DNA of 64,000 nucleotides, taken from Candidatus Aminicenantes bacterium. GTDB taxonomy: Bacteria; Acidobacteriota; Aminicenantia; Aminicenantales; JAFGBC01. Positions 18,569 through 28,028 of this stretch are shown here, piece by piece. The notes beneath the pieces were generated by a model, which searched no databases, was not told the origin of the DNA, and saw only the letters and a program-made list of their open reading frames with translations. The position numbers and the translations under genes are program-made. Positions within the stretch are counted from its first letter, which is position 1. Every line of letters starts with the position of its first letter. The stretch lies in NCBI GenBank assembly GCA_963702005.1, contig OY969696.1:2144001-2208000 (forward strand), given 5' to 3'.

Positions 18569-20092
18569 CTACTTTTTCTCCGCGGCTTTTTTTTCCTCGT
18601 CCTGGGCTTTCTTGATCCGCTCCAGCCTCTGCTTGAAATAGTCAACCTGGTCGCCGGCGAGCTTGATCGCCTCCTGGGCGGCCTTTGTCGCCTCGTCGTA
18701 CTTCTTCATCTTGAGGTAGATGGTGGCGACGATATCCCAGACATAGGAGGAGGGCGTCAGCTCGAGGGCCCGGTTGGCCGCGGCCAGCGCGCTCTCGAGA
18801 TTCGCCCCCTGATTAGCCCAGAAGCGGGCGTAGGGCGCGAGGGAGTCGGACTTGTCCCAGTTTTTTTTGGCGTAGTCCGAACCGAGAACGGCCAGGGCCT
18901 GGTCCTTTTTATCAAGGTTCCAGTAAACGCCCGCGGCCTGCATCAAGAGATAGGCGCTGTCGGGATTCAACTTGAGGGCTAAATCGACCATCTTGAGGAC
19001 GCTTTCGGTGTTGGCCTTCTGCTTGGTCCAGAAGTTCGCATATTCGATGAGGTCGTAGCCGAGGCGGGTGACCTTATCGTTCATGACGGCCTTGCCGTAG
19101 ACGTCATCGGCCTTAGCCTGATCGCCCTTGAGAATGTAGAGCTCGGCCAGGTTCTGCTGGAAGGAGGAGATCGGGTTGTATTCGGTGAGCTTCTCGATCT
19201 TCTTGGCGAGTTCGATCCCATGATCGACGTCCGCTTTGTTCTTGATTAAGAATTCCACATAGGAATTGAGGGCGAAGGGTTTATCGGGGAACTTGGCGAC
19301 GTATTCCTCGAAGAAGGGCGCAGCCTTGTCCCTGGACTCGTCCCGATAATAATAGCTCAAATACTGGTAGGCATTTTCGAGGAGCTTGCTCTGGGGATAC
19401 TTGGCGATAAAGGCTTTCAGCGGGGCCGCGTCTCTATTCGGCCAATTGAAGACGGCCATCTGGCCGAGCGAGAACTCTGCGTATTCGGTGTAGCTGACCT
19501 TCTCCCCGTTCCAGGTTTCGGTCGTGCCGAGCTTCCCCTCGGGGTCGAGGGCGATGACTTCCTTGAAGAGAGCCTTGGCCTTGTCCTGGGCGGTATAGCG
19601 GTCGTCGTATTTCTTGGCGAGCTTGAAGATGACATCGATCGCCTTGGGCTCTTTGGCGTAGCGCTCGGCCAAGACCTTGTAGGTGTCGATCCCGTTGATC
19701 GTATTCTCGACCCTGGCGTGGAACTTTTCGGCGGGCGGCCCGTAGCCGACCTGCCAGTCGACTTCGCTCCCGTCGCCAGCCACGAAAAGCACCGTCGGAG
19801 TCGCGCTGACTTTATAGCGCTTGAAGATCGCCTCGCCTTTCCGGTCGGCGCGGTCGGCCAGGAACATGACGAAATGGGTTTTAAAGAATTCCTGAAACTT
19901 CGGATTTGCGAAATACTGCTGACCCAGCAGTACGCAGGAGCCTCAGCCACCGGAGAAGAAGTCGATGAGGACTAACTTCCCTTCGGACTTGGCCTTGGCC
20001 AGGGCTTCGTCCAATGAGCCCTGGAACCAGCTCTGTCCGAAGGCCGCGGTGGCGAGGAGACAGAACATCAGCATGGCAGCGAATTTTTTCAT
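18569..20092 (-). CDS. Predicted selenoprotein: signal peptide + thioredoxin-like domain (UxxC = U-G-S-C) + TPR repeats, 507 aa
   Basis: ATG at 20092 with an AAGGAGG RBS gives MKKFAAMLMFCLLATAAFGQSWFQGSLDEALAKAKSEGKLVLIDFFSGG[TGA at 19945-19943]GSCVLLGQQYFANPKFQEFFKTHFVMFLA..., in frame with the annotated 18569..19867 ORF. The Trx cis-Pro motif TPTVLF follows, and a SECIS lies just downstream of the TGA. Confidence 0.85.
19907..19936 (-). promoter_or_regulatory. Bacterial SECIS element
   Basis: mRNA UGA-GGCUCC-UGCG-UACUGCUG-GGU-CAGCAGUA-UUU-CGCA: 8-bp upper stem, G-initiated apical loop 18 nt after the UGA, and a 4-bp lower stem. Confidence 0.8.
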
Positions 20093-20224
20093 GAACGTCT
20101 CGCCTCCTTGGGCATTCTTGAATACTCTATCCTATGTATAATCCTATACGCAAAACACCCTCTCTATCAATACGCAGGTCAAGACGCCTTGGTTGCCGCC
20201 GTTGGGCGTCCTTTCGCCGTTTCT

Positions 20225-21033
20225 CTATTCTTTCTTCAGACGGAGGCGGAATGTGGGGGCGGGCTTGTCCTCGAGGGCGTGGGCGGCCCAAAGCATCCCG
20301 CGCTGGACGATCGTCCGGGCCTGGGGGACATCGAAGTCCTTGGCGACGTGGCCGAGCGAGGTGTAGAAGACCCGTCCCTTTCCGTAGTACTTCTTCCAGA
20401 CAACGGGCATGACGACGCCCTCGACCCAGGGCGCGTACTTTCCGGAGAAGGTCGTCGCAGCCAGGACCTCGTTGCCGGGGTCGACCAGCATGTAGTACTG
20501 CTCGGAGTTCATCTTGAAGTCGGTCAGGCCGGCCGTGATCGGGTCGTCGTGGTTGACGATGTTGACCTCGTAATCGATGACTCCGCCCGGGTGGGCGGCC
20601 CAGGCGCCGCCGACCATGAATTCATACTCGGTATTGCTTCGGAACGCGTCGGCCATGCCGCCGTGCCAGCCGGCCATGCCGACTCCGCTCTTGATGGCTT
20701 CGAGCAGGCCCGACTGCTGCTGGGGGGTGATCGTCGACATGGTGAAGACCTGGACGATGAGGTCGAGGGATTTCATTTTCGCGGCGTCAAGGTAGGAATC
20801 CAGGGTCGTCGAGATCTCGACCTCGAAGCCCTGCTCGGCCAGCCAGGGCGCGAAGATGTCCACGCACTGCTTGGGTTCGTGGCCCTCCCAGCCGCCCCAG
20901 ACGAACAAAGCCTCTTCTTCTTTTCCTGGCTCGCTCCGGGAAGGGTCATCAGAAATGCGCCCAATAAAATGACGATCGGCCAAAAAGCAAGCTTGGACCG
21001 GGCGGCGGGATGTCGAGTTGTTTTGTCAGTCAT
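20225..21033 (-). pseudogene. ThuA-like domain protein with signal peptide, split by a -1 frameshift near 20911-20925 (real or assembly error)
   Basis: The 21033 frame gives a leader ...[10 protein letters not shown]. The 20983 frame continues [13 protein letters not shown]...GWHGG...SEQYYM...VFYTSLGH. Confidence 0.75.
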
Positions 21034-21038
21034 GGCGG

Positions 21039-21794
21039 TCAGAGCTCTCGAATCCAGATATTGCGGTAGCGGACCGGGTTCCCATGGTCCTGGAGCGAGA
21101 GGGGGAGCTTGTCCGGATGGGCCTTGTAGGGCGGACGCGCCTTGTGGGCGGTCGGACCGGTCAGCACGTCGTTGTCATGGACGAGGATGCCGTTGTGGAA
21201 GACCGTCATCCGGGCCGGCTTGAGAAGAGACCCGTCCGGCGCGAATCGGGGCGCGTGGAAGATGATGTCGTAGCTCTGCCACTCGCCCGGAGGCCGGCAG
21301 ACATTGACGAGGGGGGGGAACTGGCCGTAGATGGCGGCGGCCTGTCCGTCGGCGTAGGTCCGGTTCTGATAGGAATCGAGGACCTGGACTTCGTAAGTGT
21401 CCATCAGGAAGACGCCGCTGTTGCCGCGGCCCTGGCCTTCGCCTGCAACGACCGCCGGCGACGCCCATTCGACGTGAAGCTGGCAGTCGCCGTACCCTTT
21501 TTTGGTCCGGATCGAGCCCGTCTCGGCGACGACTTCCATGAAACCGTCCGCGACCTTCCAGCCGGCCGGATTCCCTTTAGTATCCTCCCATTGGGCGAGG
21601 TCCTTGCCGCTGAAGAGGACGACGGCGTCCGAGGGGGCGGGGGAGGGCGGTCCGGACGAACCCGGATCGACGACCGCCGGGACGGGCCGGTTCATATCGT
21701 GGATAGCCCAATCCTGGCCGCCGGACGCGCCGGCCCACACCAAAGCGGCCGAAATTAATAGACCTGTCAGCGCTAGAATTCGGAGGCTCGTCAT
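21039..21794 (-). CDS. DUF1080 / 3-keto-disaccharide hydrolase family protein
   Basis: PSDAVVLF, GNSGVFL, YEVQVLDS, GEWQSYDI, LQDHGNPVRYRNIWIR; signal peptide. Confidence 0.92.
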   Translation of the reverse strand: MTSLRILALTGLLISAALVWAGASGGQDWAIHDMNRPVPAVVDPGSSGPPSPAPSDAVVLFSGKDLAQWEDTKGNPAGWKVADGFMEVVAETGSIRTKKGYGDCQLHVEWASPAVVAGEGQGRGNSGVFLMDTYEVQVLDSYQNRTYADGQAAAIYGQFPPLVNVCRPPGEWQSYDIIFHAPRFAPDGSLLKPARMTVFHNGILVHDNDVLTGPTAHKARPPYKAHPDKLPLSLQDHGNPVRYRNIWIREL

Positions 21795-21816
21795 GGCCGG
21801 ATTCCTCTCGGCCCGG

Positions 21817-23208
21817 TCAGAGGGACCAGCCGGAACGGTATTCCTTGTGGACGAACGGGTTGGCCTCCGGGAAGTTGGGGAACACCATTTTCTCAGAGTC
21901 CCATTCGAGGATGACCTTCGATTCCTTGAAGCGGAGCGCGATATTCCCCAGGAGCATCATCTCGGTCAGCGCGCCGGCGTAGCTGAAGTCCGTCGTCGAT
22001 TTCTTGCCCGCTTTGATGGCCGCGATCCATTCCTCGTGGATGCCGGGAGAGCGGGGGATGGTTTTGTCAGGCCGCTTGTAGTCCTTCATGAGCTGGTCGG
22101 GGAGAAGGCGGGGGCTCTCTCCGTAGGTCGAACAGACGAGCATGCCTTTGTCGCCGACGAACAAGCAGCCGCCGCCTTCGTCGCCCAACATCAGGCCGTT
22201 GGCGAGGGCGGCCGGCCGGGGCGGCGTCAGGCCGCCGTCGTACCAGGTGAGCTTGACCGGGGGGAATTTGTCCCGGGCCGGAAATTCGTAGCTGATGACC
22301 TCGGCCAGAGGGTAGGAGTCTTTGGTGAACGGCGTGCCGCTCGCCTGGATTCGTTTGGGAGCGCCCAGCTTGAGGGCCCAGAAGGGCTGGTCGATGAGGT
22401 GGGCGCCCATATCGCCCAGCGCGCCCGTCCCGAAGTCCCACCAGCCTCGCCAGGCGAAGGGGAGGTAAGCCGGGTGATAGGGCCGCCAGGGGGCCGGCCC
22501 GAGCCAGATGTTCCAGTCGATGGTCGGGGGGACGGAGGGAATCTCGGTGGGGGCGTTAATGCCTTGGGGCCAGATGGGGCGGTCCGTCCAAACATGGACC
22601 TCGCGGACCGGTCCGATGGCGCCGTTCCAGATCCATTCGCAGACGAGACGCGCGCCTTCCTTGGAATGGCCCTGATTGCCCATCTGGGTGACGAGGTTCC
22701 GCGCCTTGGCTTCCTGGGCGAGCAGGCGGGCCTCCTTGACGGTATGGGTCAAGGGCTTCTGGACGAACGCGTGCTTGCCCTGCTTCATGGCCGTCATGGC
22801 GGCCACGGCGTGGAAATGGTCGGGGGTGGAAACGGTGACGGCGTCGATATCCTTGACCTTGTCGAGCATCTCCCGAAAGTCGCGGAACTTGGCGGCCCGC
22901 TCGAACTTCGCTTTCTGCTCGGGGGTGGGCTCGTCCCATTTCAGGAATTTCTCCATCATGACGTCGTCGACATCGCAGAGCCCGACGATATTCTCGGTCG
23001 AGACGCTGACGATATCGGAGGCGCCCTTGCCCCAGACCCCGATGCAGCCGATGTTGAGGGTGTCGCTCGGCGCCTGGTAGCCGCGGCCTCCCAAGACGCG
23101 GCGGGGCACGATCATCAGCCCGGCGGCCGCGGCGGCCGTCCGGCCCATGAACTCGCGGCGGGTCAGGTTCGTAGGCTTGGCTGAAGCATTTTTGCGGGAG
23201 TTAGACAT
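21817..23208 (-). CDS. Tat-exported Gfo/Idh/MocA oxidoreductase
   Basis: TRREFM Tat signal, STPDHFH, QKPLTH, TQMGNQG, WRGWWDFGTGALGDM. Confidence 0.93.
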   Translation of the reverse strand: MSNSRKNASAKPTNLTRREFMGRTAAAAAGLMIVPRRVLGGRGYQAPSDTLNIGCIGVWGKGASDIVSVSTENIVGLCDVDDVMMEKFLKWDEPTPEQKAKFERAAKFRDFREMLDKVKDIDAVTVSTPDHFHAVAAMTAMKQGKHAFVQKPLTHTVKEARLLAQEAKARNLVTQMGNQGHSKEGARLVCEWIWNGAIGPVREVHVWTDRPIWPQGINAPTEIPSVPPTIDWNIWLGPAPWRPYHPAYLPFAWRGWWDFGTGALGDMGAHLIDQPFWALKLGAPKRIQASGTPFTKDSYPLAEVISYEFPARDKFPPVKLTWYDGGLTPPRPAALANGLMLGDEGGGCLFVGDKGMLVCSTYGESPRLLPDQLMKDYKRPDKTIPRSPGIHEEWIAAIKAGKKSTTDFSYAGALTEMMLLGNIALRFKESKVILEWDSEKMVFPNFPEANPFVHKEYRSGWSL

Positions 23209-23363
23209 GGAGTTCCCTCCTCAGGAATTAATGGTTTTGAAAAACATTCTCCTTACTATAGCCGCAGACCTTTCTTCGAGTCAAGCCGTGCAGGCTCAGC
23301 CGACGAGGCTTCTAGTACTCAGGGCTTCCCTGAGTATGAAGCTCGAAGAACGCGAACCGATCC

Positions 23364-26153
23364 CTATTCCCGGATGAAAACGTTCTTGAACGAGAGCGGC
23401 GTGCTGTGGGCCTGGAGCTCGATCTGGCCCGATGGGTAGATGGGCTTATCCCGCTCCCAGTAATTCTCCATGACGACATTGTCCACGACCAGGATGCCGT
23501 TGAGCCAAGCCGTGACCCGCTCGCCCTTCATCAGGATCCGGAAGGTGTTCCAAGTCCCGATGGGGTTGTCGGCGGGCCGCAGGGGCTTGGATGGATTGAC
23601 TTTATTATTGTAGAGGCCTCCCGAGCCTTCGGGCCAGCGGGCCGGGTCCCAGATCTGGACTTGGGGCGATCCGCGCAGGTAGATCCCGCTGTCGCCCTGG
23701 GGTTCGATCTTCCAGTCGACGAAAAGCTCGAAGTCGGTATAATCCCCTATCGTGCACAAGCTGGCGCCCTGGCCGTCGAACATGAGGCACCCGTCGACGG
23801 CCCGCCAGTGGCGCCGCATATCCTCGTCGGCCGCGGCCTGAGCCTTTTGGAATTCCCGAGCCGTCATCTTGGCCCTACTGACGGGATCCTCGACCAGGCC
23901 TTTCCAGCCCGAGAGGGTTTTCCCGTCAAAGAGCCGGACAAATCCCTCGCGGATGAGGAGGGCCGCGGCGTAATCCTCGACGCGCCGCCGGTCGAAATCG
24001 TTGTCCATGAGCGGGGCGGCCTTCTTGAGGGCCAAAGCCGTTTCCATGCCGCCCAGCCCTTCCGCTCCGGAGCCGGGAAGGGCGATCCCGACAACGGCTT
24101 CGGCCGCGAACTCGCGGAGCTCGGGATCGTCGAGGACCGCGGCCGCCAGCGCCAAGGATTCCGCGGAGCGGCTATTGCGGAGGGCTTGGAGGATGAGCTT
24201 CTTTTCGCCCGGCTCTTTGGCGTCGGCCCAGACGCTGTTGAGCAGACGGGATAGGTCCGCCGCAGAGAGACCGGGATCCTTGGCTAGGCGCGTCAGACCC
24301 TGGACCGCCAGATAATGAAACTTCGGGTCTTCCGTTCGCTTCAACACCGTGAACAGTCCCTCGAGCGCGTCCGGGCTCGGCCAGATGGACAACGCATGGA
24401 CGGCTACCGCCTGGACGAGAGGATCGCTGTTTTGAGTATCAGACAGGACCGCATCGAGGGCTTTCGCCCCTCCCACTTTGGGCAGGATCCGAATGAGATC
24501 AACTCGCTTGGTGCCCGATAGGGATGCCAAAGCCCTTAAAATGGGCTCGACCCTGCGATCGGGCTCGGGAATCCGAATGGCCGAGGCGGCCAGTGCGTTC
24601 TGGAGCGGCGCCGTTTCGGCGGCGTCGGTGCTTTTCAAGAGGAGATCCAGCAGCCGAGGCAGATCTTCGGCGCGGACGACCCGCTCCAGGGCGGCCAATG
24701 AAGCGTGTCTGACCTCCTCCGAATCGCTGCGGATCAGTCCTAAGATTCGATCCGTCTGCTCCCCGGCCCGGCGCTCGGCCAGGACCTCGATCAGCGCGAC
24801 CTGAGATACGGGGGGAACGCCGTCGAGGAGAGCGGCCGCCTCGGTGACCGCTCGGGCCGCCGGGGCTGAAAGCAGAGTCTCCTTGACAATCGTCGTTTCC
24901 TCCGTCTCTCCCGAGTTTAAAAAAGGAAGAAGCTCGGGGAGCGAATCTTCTCCCGCCAGGCGGGCCAGGGCCGCCATCGCGGCGAGGCGGACGCTACGGT
25001 TGGAATCCTTCAGTCCTTCTCGGACGGCGGGGAGCGCGGCCGGATCCCGCCGCCGGCCGAGCATGGCCATGATCTCAACCTTGCTCTCGGTCGAGGCCCC
25101 CGCCATCTTGTTCAGGAAGCGCGACGTTGCCTCCGAGCCGGGGAGGGTCTCCGCCATATCGAGGGCCCGGACGCGGTAATCTTTATCCCCCGAATCGACG
25201 GCGCCGAGGAGGTCGTCGAGGGCGGCCGGGCCGAGGATGTCGGCGAGGAGGGACAGCGCTTGACAGCGAACCTGGCTTTCTGAGGGCTGGAGATAATTCT
25301 TGAGAATTCCGCGGCAGATATCCTCGGCCGCCTTCCGTTCTCCGTTTTCAAAAAGGCGCCGGCCGTAGAACAGGTATAGCGAAGCCGTCCTCGTTCTCTC
25401 CGCGGCCGGGGCGAGCAGGGGGATCCGTTCGAAGGCGGGCGCGGCCGCCGGGTCTCCACTCTGGGCCAGGGCCTCCATGGCGGCCATCCTCAATATCCCA
25501 TCCTTGTCTTGGGCGAGGGGAAGGAGCTTGGCGACGGCCTTGCGGCTTCGCAGCCGGCCCAGGGCTTGGGCGATGGAAACCCGGATGTCCGTCGGCGCGC
25601 CGGCCAAGGCTTTGACGAGATTTCGTTCCGCGTTTTCGCCGCCGATCGCGGCGAGGGCCCGGGCGGCAGGATCAGCGATCCGTCCGTCTCCGAGACAAGC
25701 CGTCAAGGCCTTGATCGCCTCTTTTCCCCCCGCCAGCTGGAGCTCGCTGATGAGAAAGGCCCTAACCTCGGCGGGCGCGGCGTTCTTCAAGTTGTCGGCG
25801 AGGGCTTTGGCAAAGGACGTCTTTTCATTCGCCGCCCCGGATCTCGACGCGTAGACGGCCAAGGCGTCCAGGGCATAGCGGACCAAAGTGTCGTCGGCCG
25901 CTCCGGCCGGAACGAGCCTCGCGCAGAGGTCGCCGACGGCACGCGGCCCGAGAGCCGTAAGCTCCGCCGCCAGAGCATCCCGCTCCGCGGAGGTCCGGGC
26001 CGGGAACCGGACGAGAATCGAGTCGAGGGACGGCCTGACCGCGCGCGTCTCGGTTCGAGCGTCTCCCTGCGAGGATATAATGAGGAGCGCGAAGACCAGG
26101 GCGGCGGTCGCCCTCGAGGGGCGTCTTGCGGTTTTCGCGATTCTTGGCGTCAT
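23364..26153 (-). CDS. HEAT-repeat protein with a C-terminal DUF1080 domain
   Basis: Many HEAT-like repeats (e.g. VRLAAMAALARL), then LFDGKTLSGW, DSGIYLRG, GEWN-like GTWNTF, LQAH. Confidence 0.9.
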   Translation of the reverse strand: MTPRIAKTARRPSRATAALVFALLIISSQGDARTETRAVRPSLDSILVRFPARTSAERDALAAELTALGPRAVGDLCARLVPAGAADDTLVRYALDALAVYASRSGAANEKTSFAKALADNLKNAAPAEVRAFLISELQLAGGKEAIKALTACLGDGRIADPAARALAAIGGENAERNLVKALAGAPTDIRVSIAQALGRLRSRKAVAKLLPLAQDKDGILRMAAMEALAQSGDPAAAPAFERIPLLAPAAERTRTASLYLFYGRRLFENGERKAAEDICRGILKNYLQPSESQVRCQALSLLADILGPAALDDLLGAVDSGDKDYRVRALDMAETLPGSEATSRFLNKMAGASTESKVEIMAMLGRRRDPAALPAVREGLKDSNRSVRLAAMAALARLAGEDSLPELLPFLNSGETEETTIVKETLLSAPAARAVTEAAALLDGVPPVSQVALIEVLAERRAGEQTDRILGLIRSDSEEVRHASLAALERVVRAEDLPRLLDLLLKSTDAAETAPLQNALAASAIRIPEPDRRVEPILRALASLSGTKRVDLIRILPKVGGAKALDAVLSDTQNSDPLVQAVAVHALSIWPSPDALEGLFTVLKRTEDPKFHYLAVQGLTRLAKDPGLSAADLSRLLNSVWADAKEPGEKKLILQALRNSRSAESLALAAAVLDDPELREFAAEAVVGIALPGSGAEGLGGMETALALKKAAPLMDNDFDRRRVEDYAAALLIREGFVRLFDGKTLSGWKGLVEDPVSRAKMTAREFQKAQAAADEDMRRHWRAVDGCLMFDGQGASLCTIGDYTDFELFVDWKIEPQGDSGIYLRGSPQVQIWDPARWPEGSGGLYNNKVNPSKPLRPADNPIGTWNTFRILMKGERVTAWLNGILVVDNVVMENYWERDKPIYPSGQIELQAHSTPLSFKNVFIRE

Positions 26154-26155
26154 GT

Positions 26156-27409
26156 TCATAGCGTCCAGGGCGAACGCATAGGTTCGCCGATCAACCGGTT
26201 CGCCTCATCATCTCCGATGAACCTCTCGCGCTCGGGATCGAAGCGAAGCCCGCGTCCGAGCCGGACCGCGATCTTGGCCAGGTTGACGAGCGTGCAGGAG
26301 CGGTGTCCGTTCTCCTCGTTCAGCGGGAATTTTCGGCGCTCACGGACGGCCCTGCTGAAATCGGAATCCTGCGGTTCGGGGTCGGGCAGGGAGGCCACGG
26401 TCTCCTTGATCCTGGGGATATCCGAATCGAACCCCCGCATGAGCTTGCCCAGAGGACCTTGGAGAAAAGGAGCGTTCGGATCTTTGTTTTCGCCGTCGAG
26501 AAAAATCTCGCAGCCGTCCGCATATCGCAGCCGGACCCAGCTCCAGGAGCCGCAGGCGTCCGGGTGCTGCTGGGGCGCTTCGGCTTCGACCTCCACCGGG
26601 CCCGTGCCGTCCTTGTCGAGGAGGTACTGGACGGGGTCGAGATAGTGCTGGCCCATGTCCCCCAGGCCTCCGCCGTCATAATCCCAGTAACCGCGGAAGG
26701 TCCCATGGACCCGGTGAGGGTGGTAAGGTTTTTCGGGCGCCGGGCCGAGCCAGAAATCATAATCGAGGTCCGCGGGCACGGGCTGGGGCGGGAGCCAGGT
26801 CTTGCCGCTCCAGTAGAATTTCCAATCGAATCCGGTGGCCCGGCTGACCGTGACCTTGAGCGGCCAGCCCAGCAGTCCGCTCCGGACGAGCTTTTTGATC
26901 GGCTTGACCTCCGTTCCGAAGCCGTAGAAAGTGTCCTGGAACCTGAACCAGGTGTTGACGCGCAGCATCCGGCCGTTTCTGCGGACCGCCTCGACGAGCC
27001 TCCGGCCTTCTCCGATCGTCCTGGTCAACGGCTTTTCACACCAGATGTCCTTGCCCGCCTCGGCGGCGGCCGCGGCGATCAGGGCGTGCCAGTGGGGCGG
27101 GGTCGCGACGTGGACGATATCGATGTCGGGACGTGCCAGGACCTCGCGGAAATCCCGATAACCCTTGACGCCGGGCCCGCCGATCTCCAGGGCTTCTCTG
27201 AGGTGACCGGCGTCGACATCGCAGACGGCCAGGAGTCTCGCGCCCGGATAGGTCAGGTGGCCCTGCCCCATGTTCCCCACGCCGATGACGGCCTTGGTCA
27301 GCTCGTCGGAAGGGGCCGTGAAGCCGGAGCCGCCCAGGACGCGGCGCGGCACGATGGTCGCCGCGGCGGCGGCCAGGGCCGCCCGCTTGAGGAAGTTGCG
27401 TCGATCCAT
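26156..27409 (-). CDS. Tat-exported Gfo/Idh/MocA oxidoreductase
   Basis: DRRNFLK, ATPPHWH, WCEKPL, GLGDMGQH. Confidence 0.93.
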   Translation of the reverse strand: MDRRNFLKRAALAAAAATIVPRRVLGGSGFTAPSDELTKAVIGVGNMGQGHLTYPGARLLAVCDVDAGHLREALEIGGPGVKGYRDFREVLARPDIDIVHVATPPHWHALIAAAAAEAGKDIWCEKPLTRTIGEGRRLVEAVRRNGRMLRVNTWFRFQDTFYGFGTEVKPIKKLVRSGLLGWPLKVTVSRATGFDWKFYWSGKTWLPPQPVPADLDYDFWLGPAPEKPYHPHRVHGTFRGYWDYDGGGLGDMGQHYLDPVQYLLDKDGTGPVEVEAEAPQQHPDACGSWSWVRLRYADGCEIFLDGENKDPNAPFLQGPLGKLMRGFDSDIPRIKETVASLPDPEPQDSDFSRAVRERRKFPLNEENGHRSCTLVNLAKIAVRLGRGLRFDPERERFIGDDEANRLIGEPMRSPWTL

Positions 27410-27526
27410 GTCTGCCTTTCCGGAGGTCGAGTCCTATATTATCTTTTCTTGGGCTCGGACTTCAACCTCTCGCAAAGCCCCGGAAAAAGAACTGAGATAG
27501 TCTTATAATAGCATCCGGAGGGACAA

Positions 27527-27766
27527 GTGATCCCGCAGATTCCTTACGGCGGCATCGGCTTAGGCATCGCTTTGATCTTCATCGGTCTGGCTTTCTATGA
27601 AGCCGAAGCGACGGGCAGGATCATCATCCTGTGCGTGCTCGCCCTGTCCTTCATCCTCCCGGCGATTGCATCTTCTTATGCGTTGGGGGTCGTCTGCCAG
27701 ATCGGGCGCCTGGTCTTTGGCGCGTGCTGCTACGTCTATTGGAAATATCGGGTCGCAACGTCCTGA
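27527..27766 (+). CDS. Small membrane protein, hypothetical
   Basis: GTG start after GGAGG; 3 hydrophobic segments. Confidence 0.6.
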   Translation: MIPQIPYGGIGLGIALIFIGLAFYEAEATGRIIILCVLALSFILPAIASSYALGVVCQIGRLVFGACCYVYWKYRVATS

Positions 27767-27822
27767 CGGGAACGACGAGCGAAGCGGCCCCAGGGCCGTT
27801 TCCGCAGCCTAAGGAGGATATC

Positions 27823-28011
27823 ATGCCCCTCATCGAAATTCACATGCTCGAGGGCCGAACCGACGAACAGAAGGAGAGGCTCCTGGGGGCGGTCACCAAG
27901 GCCGTCCATGAGTCGATCGGCGCGCCGCTCCCGACCATCCGGGTCTGGATCCAGGAGTTCTCGCCGCGGGAATACATGTCGGCCGGCGAGTTGGCCGCTC
28001 ACCGAAAATAG
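27823..28011 (+). CDS. 4-oxalocrotonate tautomerase family protein
   Basis: MPLIEIHMLEGRTDEQKE with catalytic Pro1; AAGGAGG RBS. Confidence 0.92.
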   Translation: MPLIEIHMLEGRTDEQKERLLGAVTKAVHESIGAPLPTIRVWIQEFSPREYMSAGELAAHRK

Positions 28012-28028
28012 GCTGAGAGGGGACTCGC

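Noticed and set aside
19943-19945. Reading the TGA as a nonsense mutation (pseudogene)
   Set aside because: It falls exactly on the first Cys of a thioredoxin CxxC and is followed by a SECIS-like hairpin, while the rest of the gene is intact.
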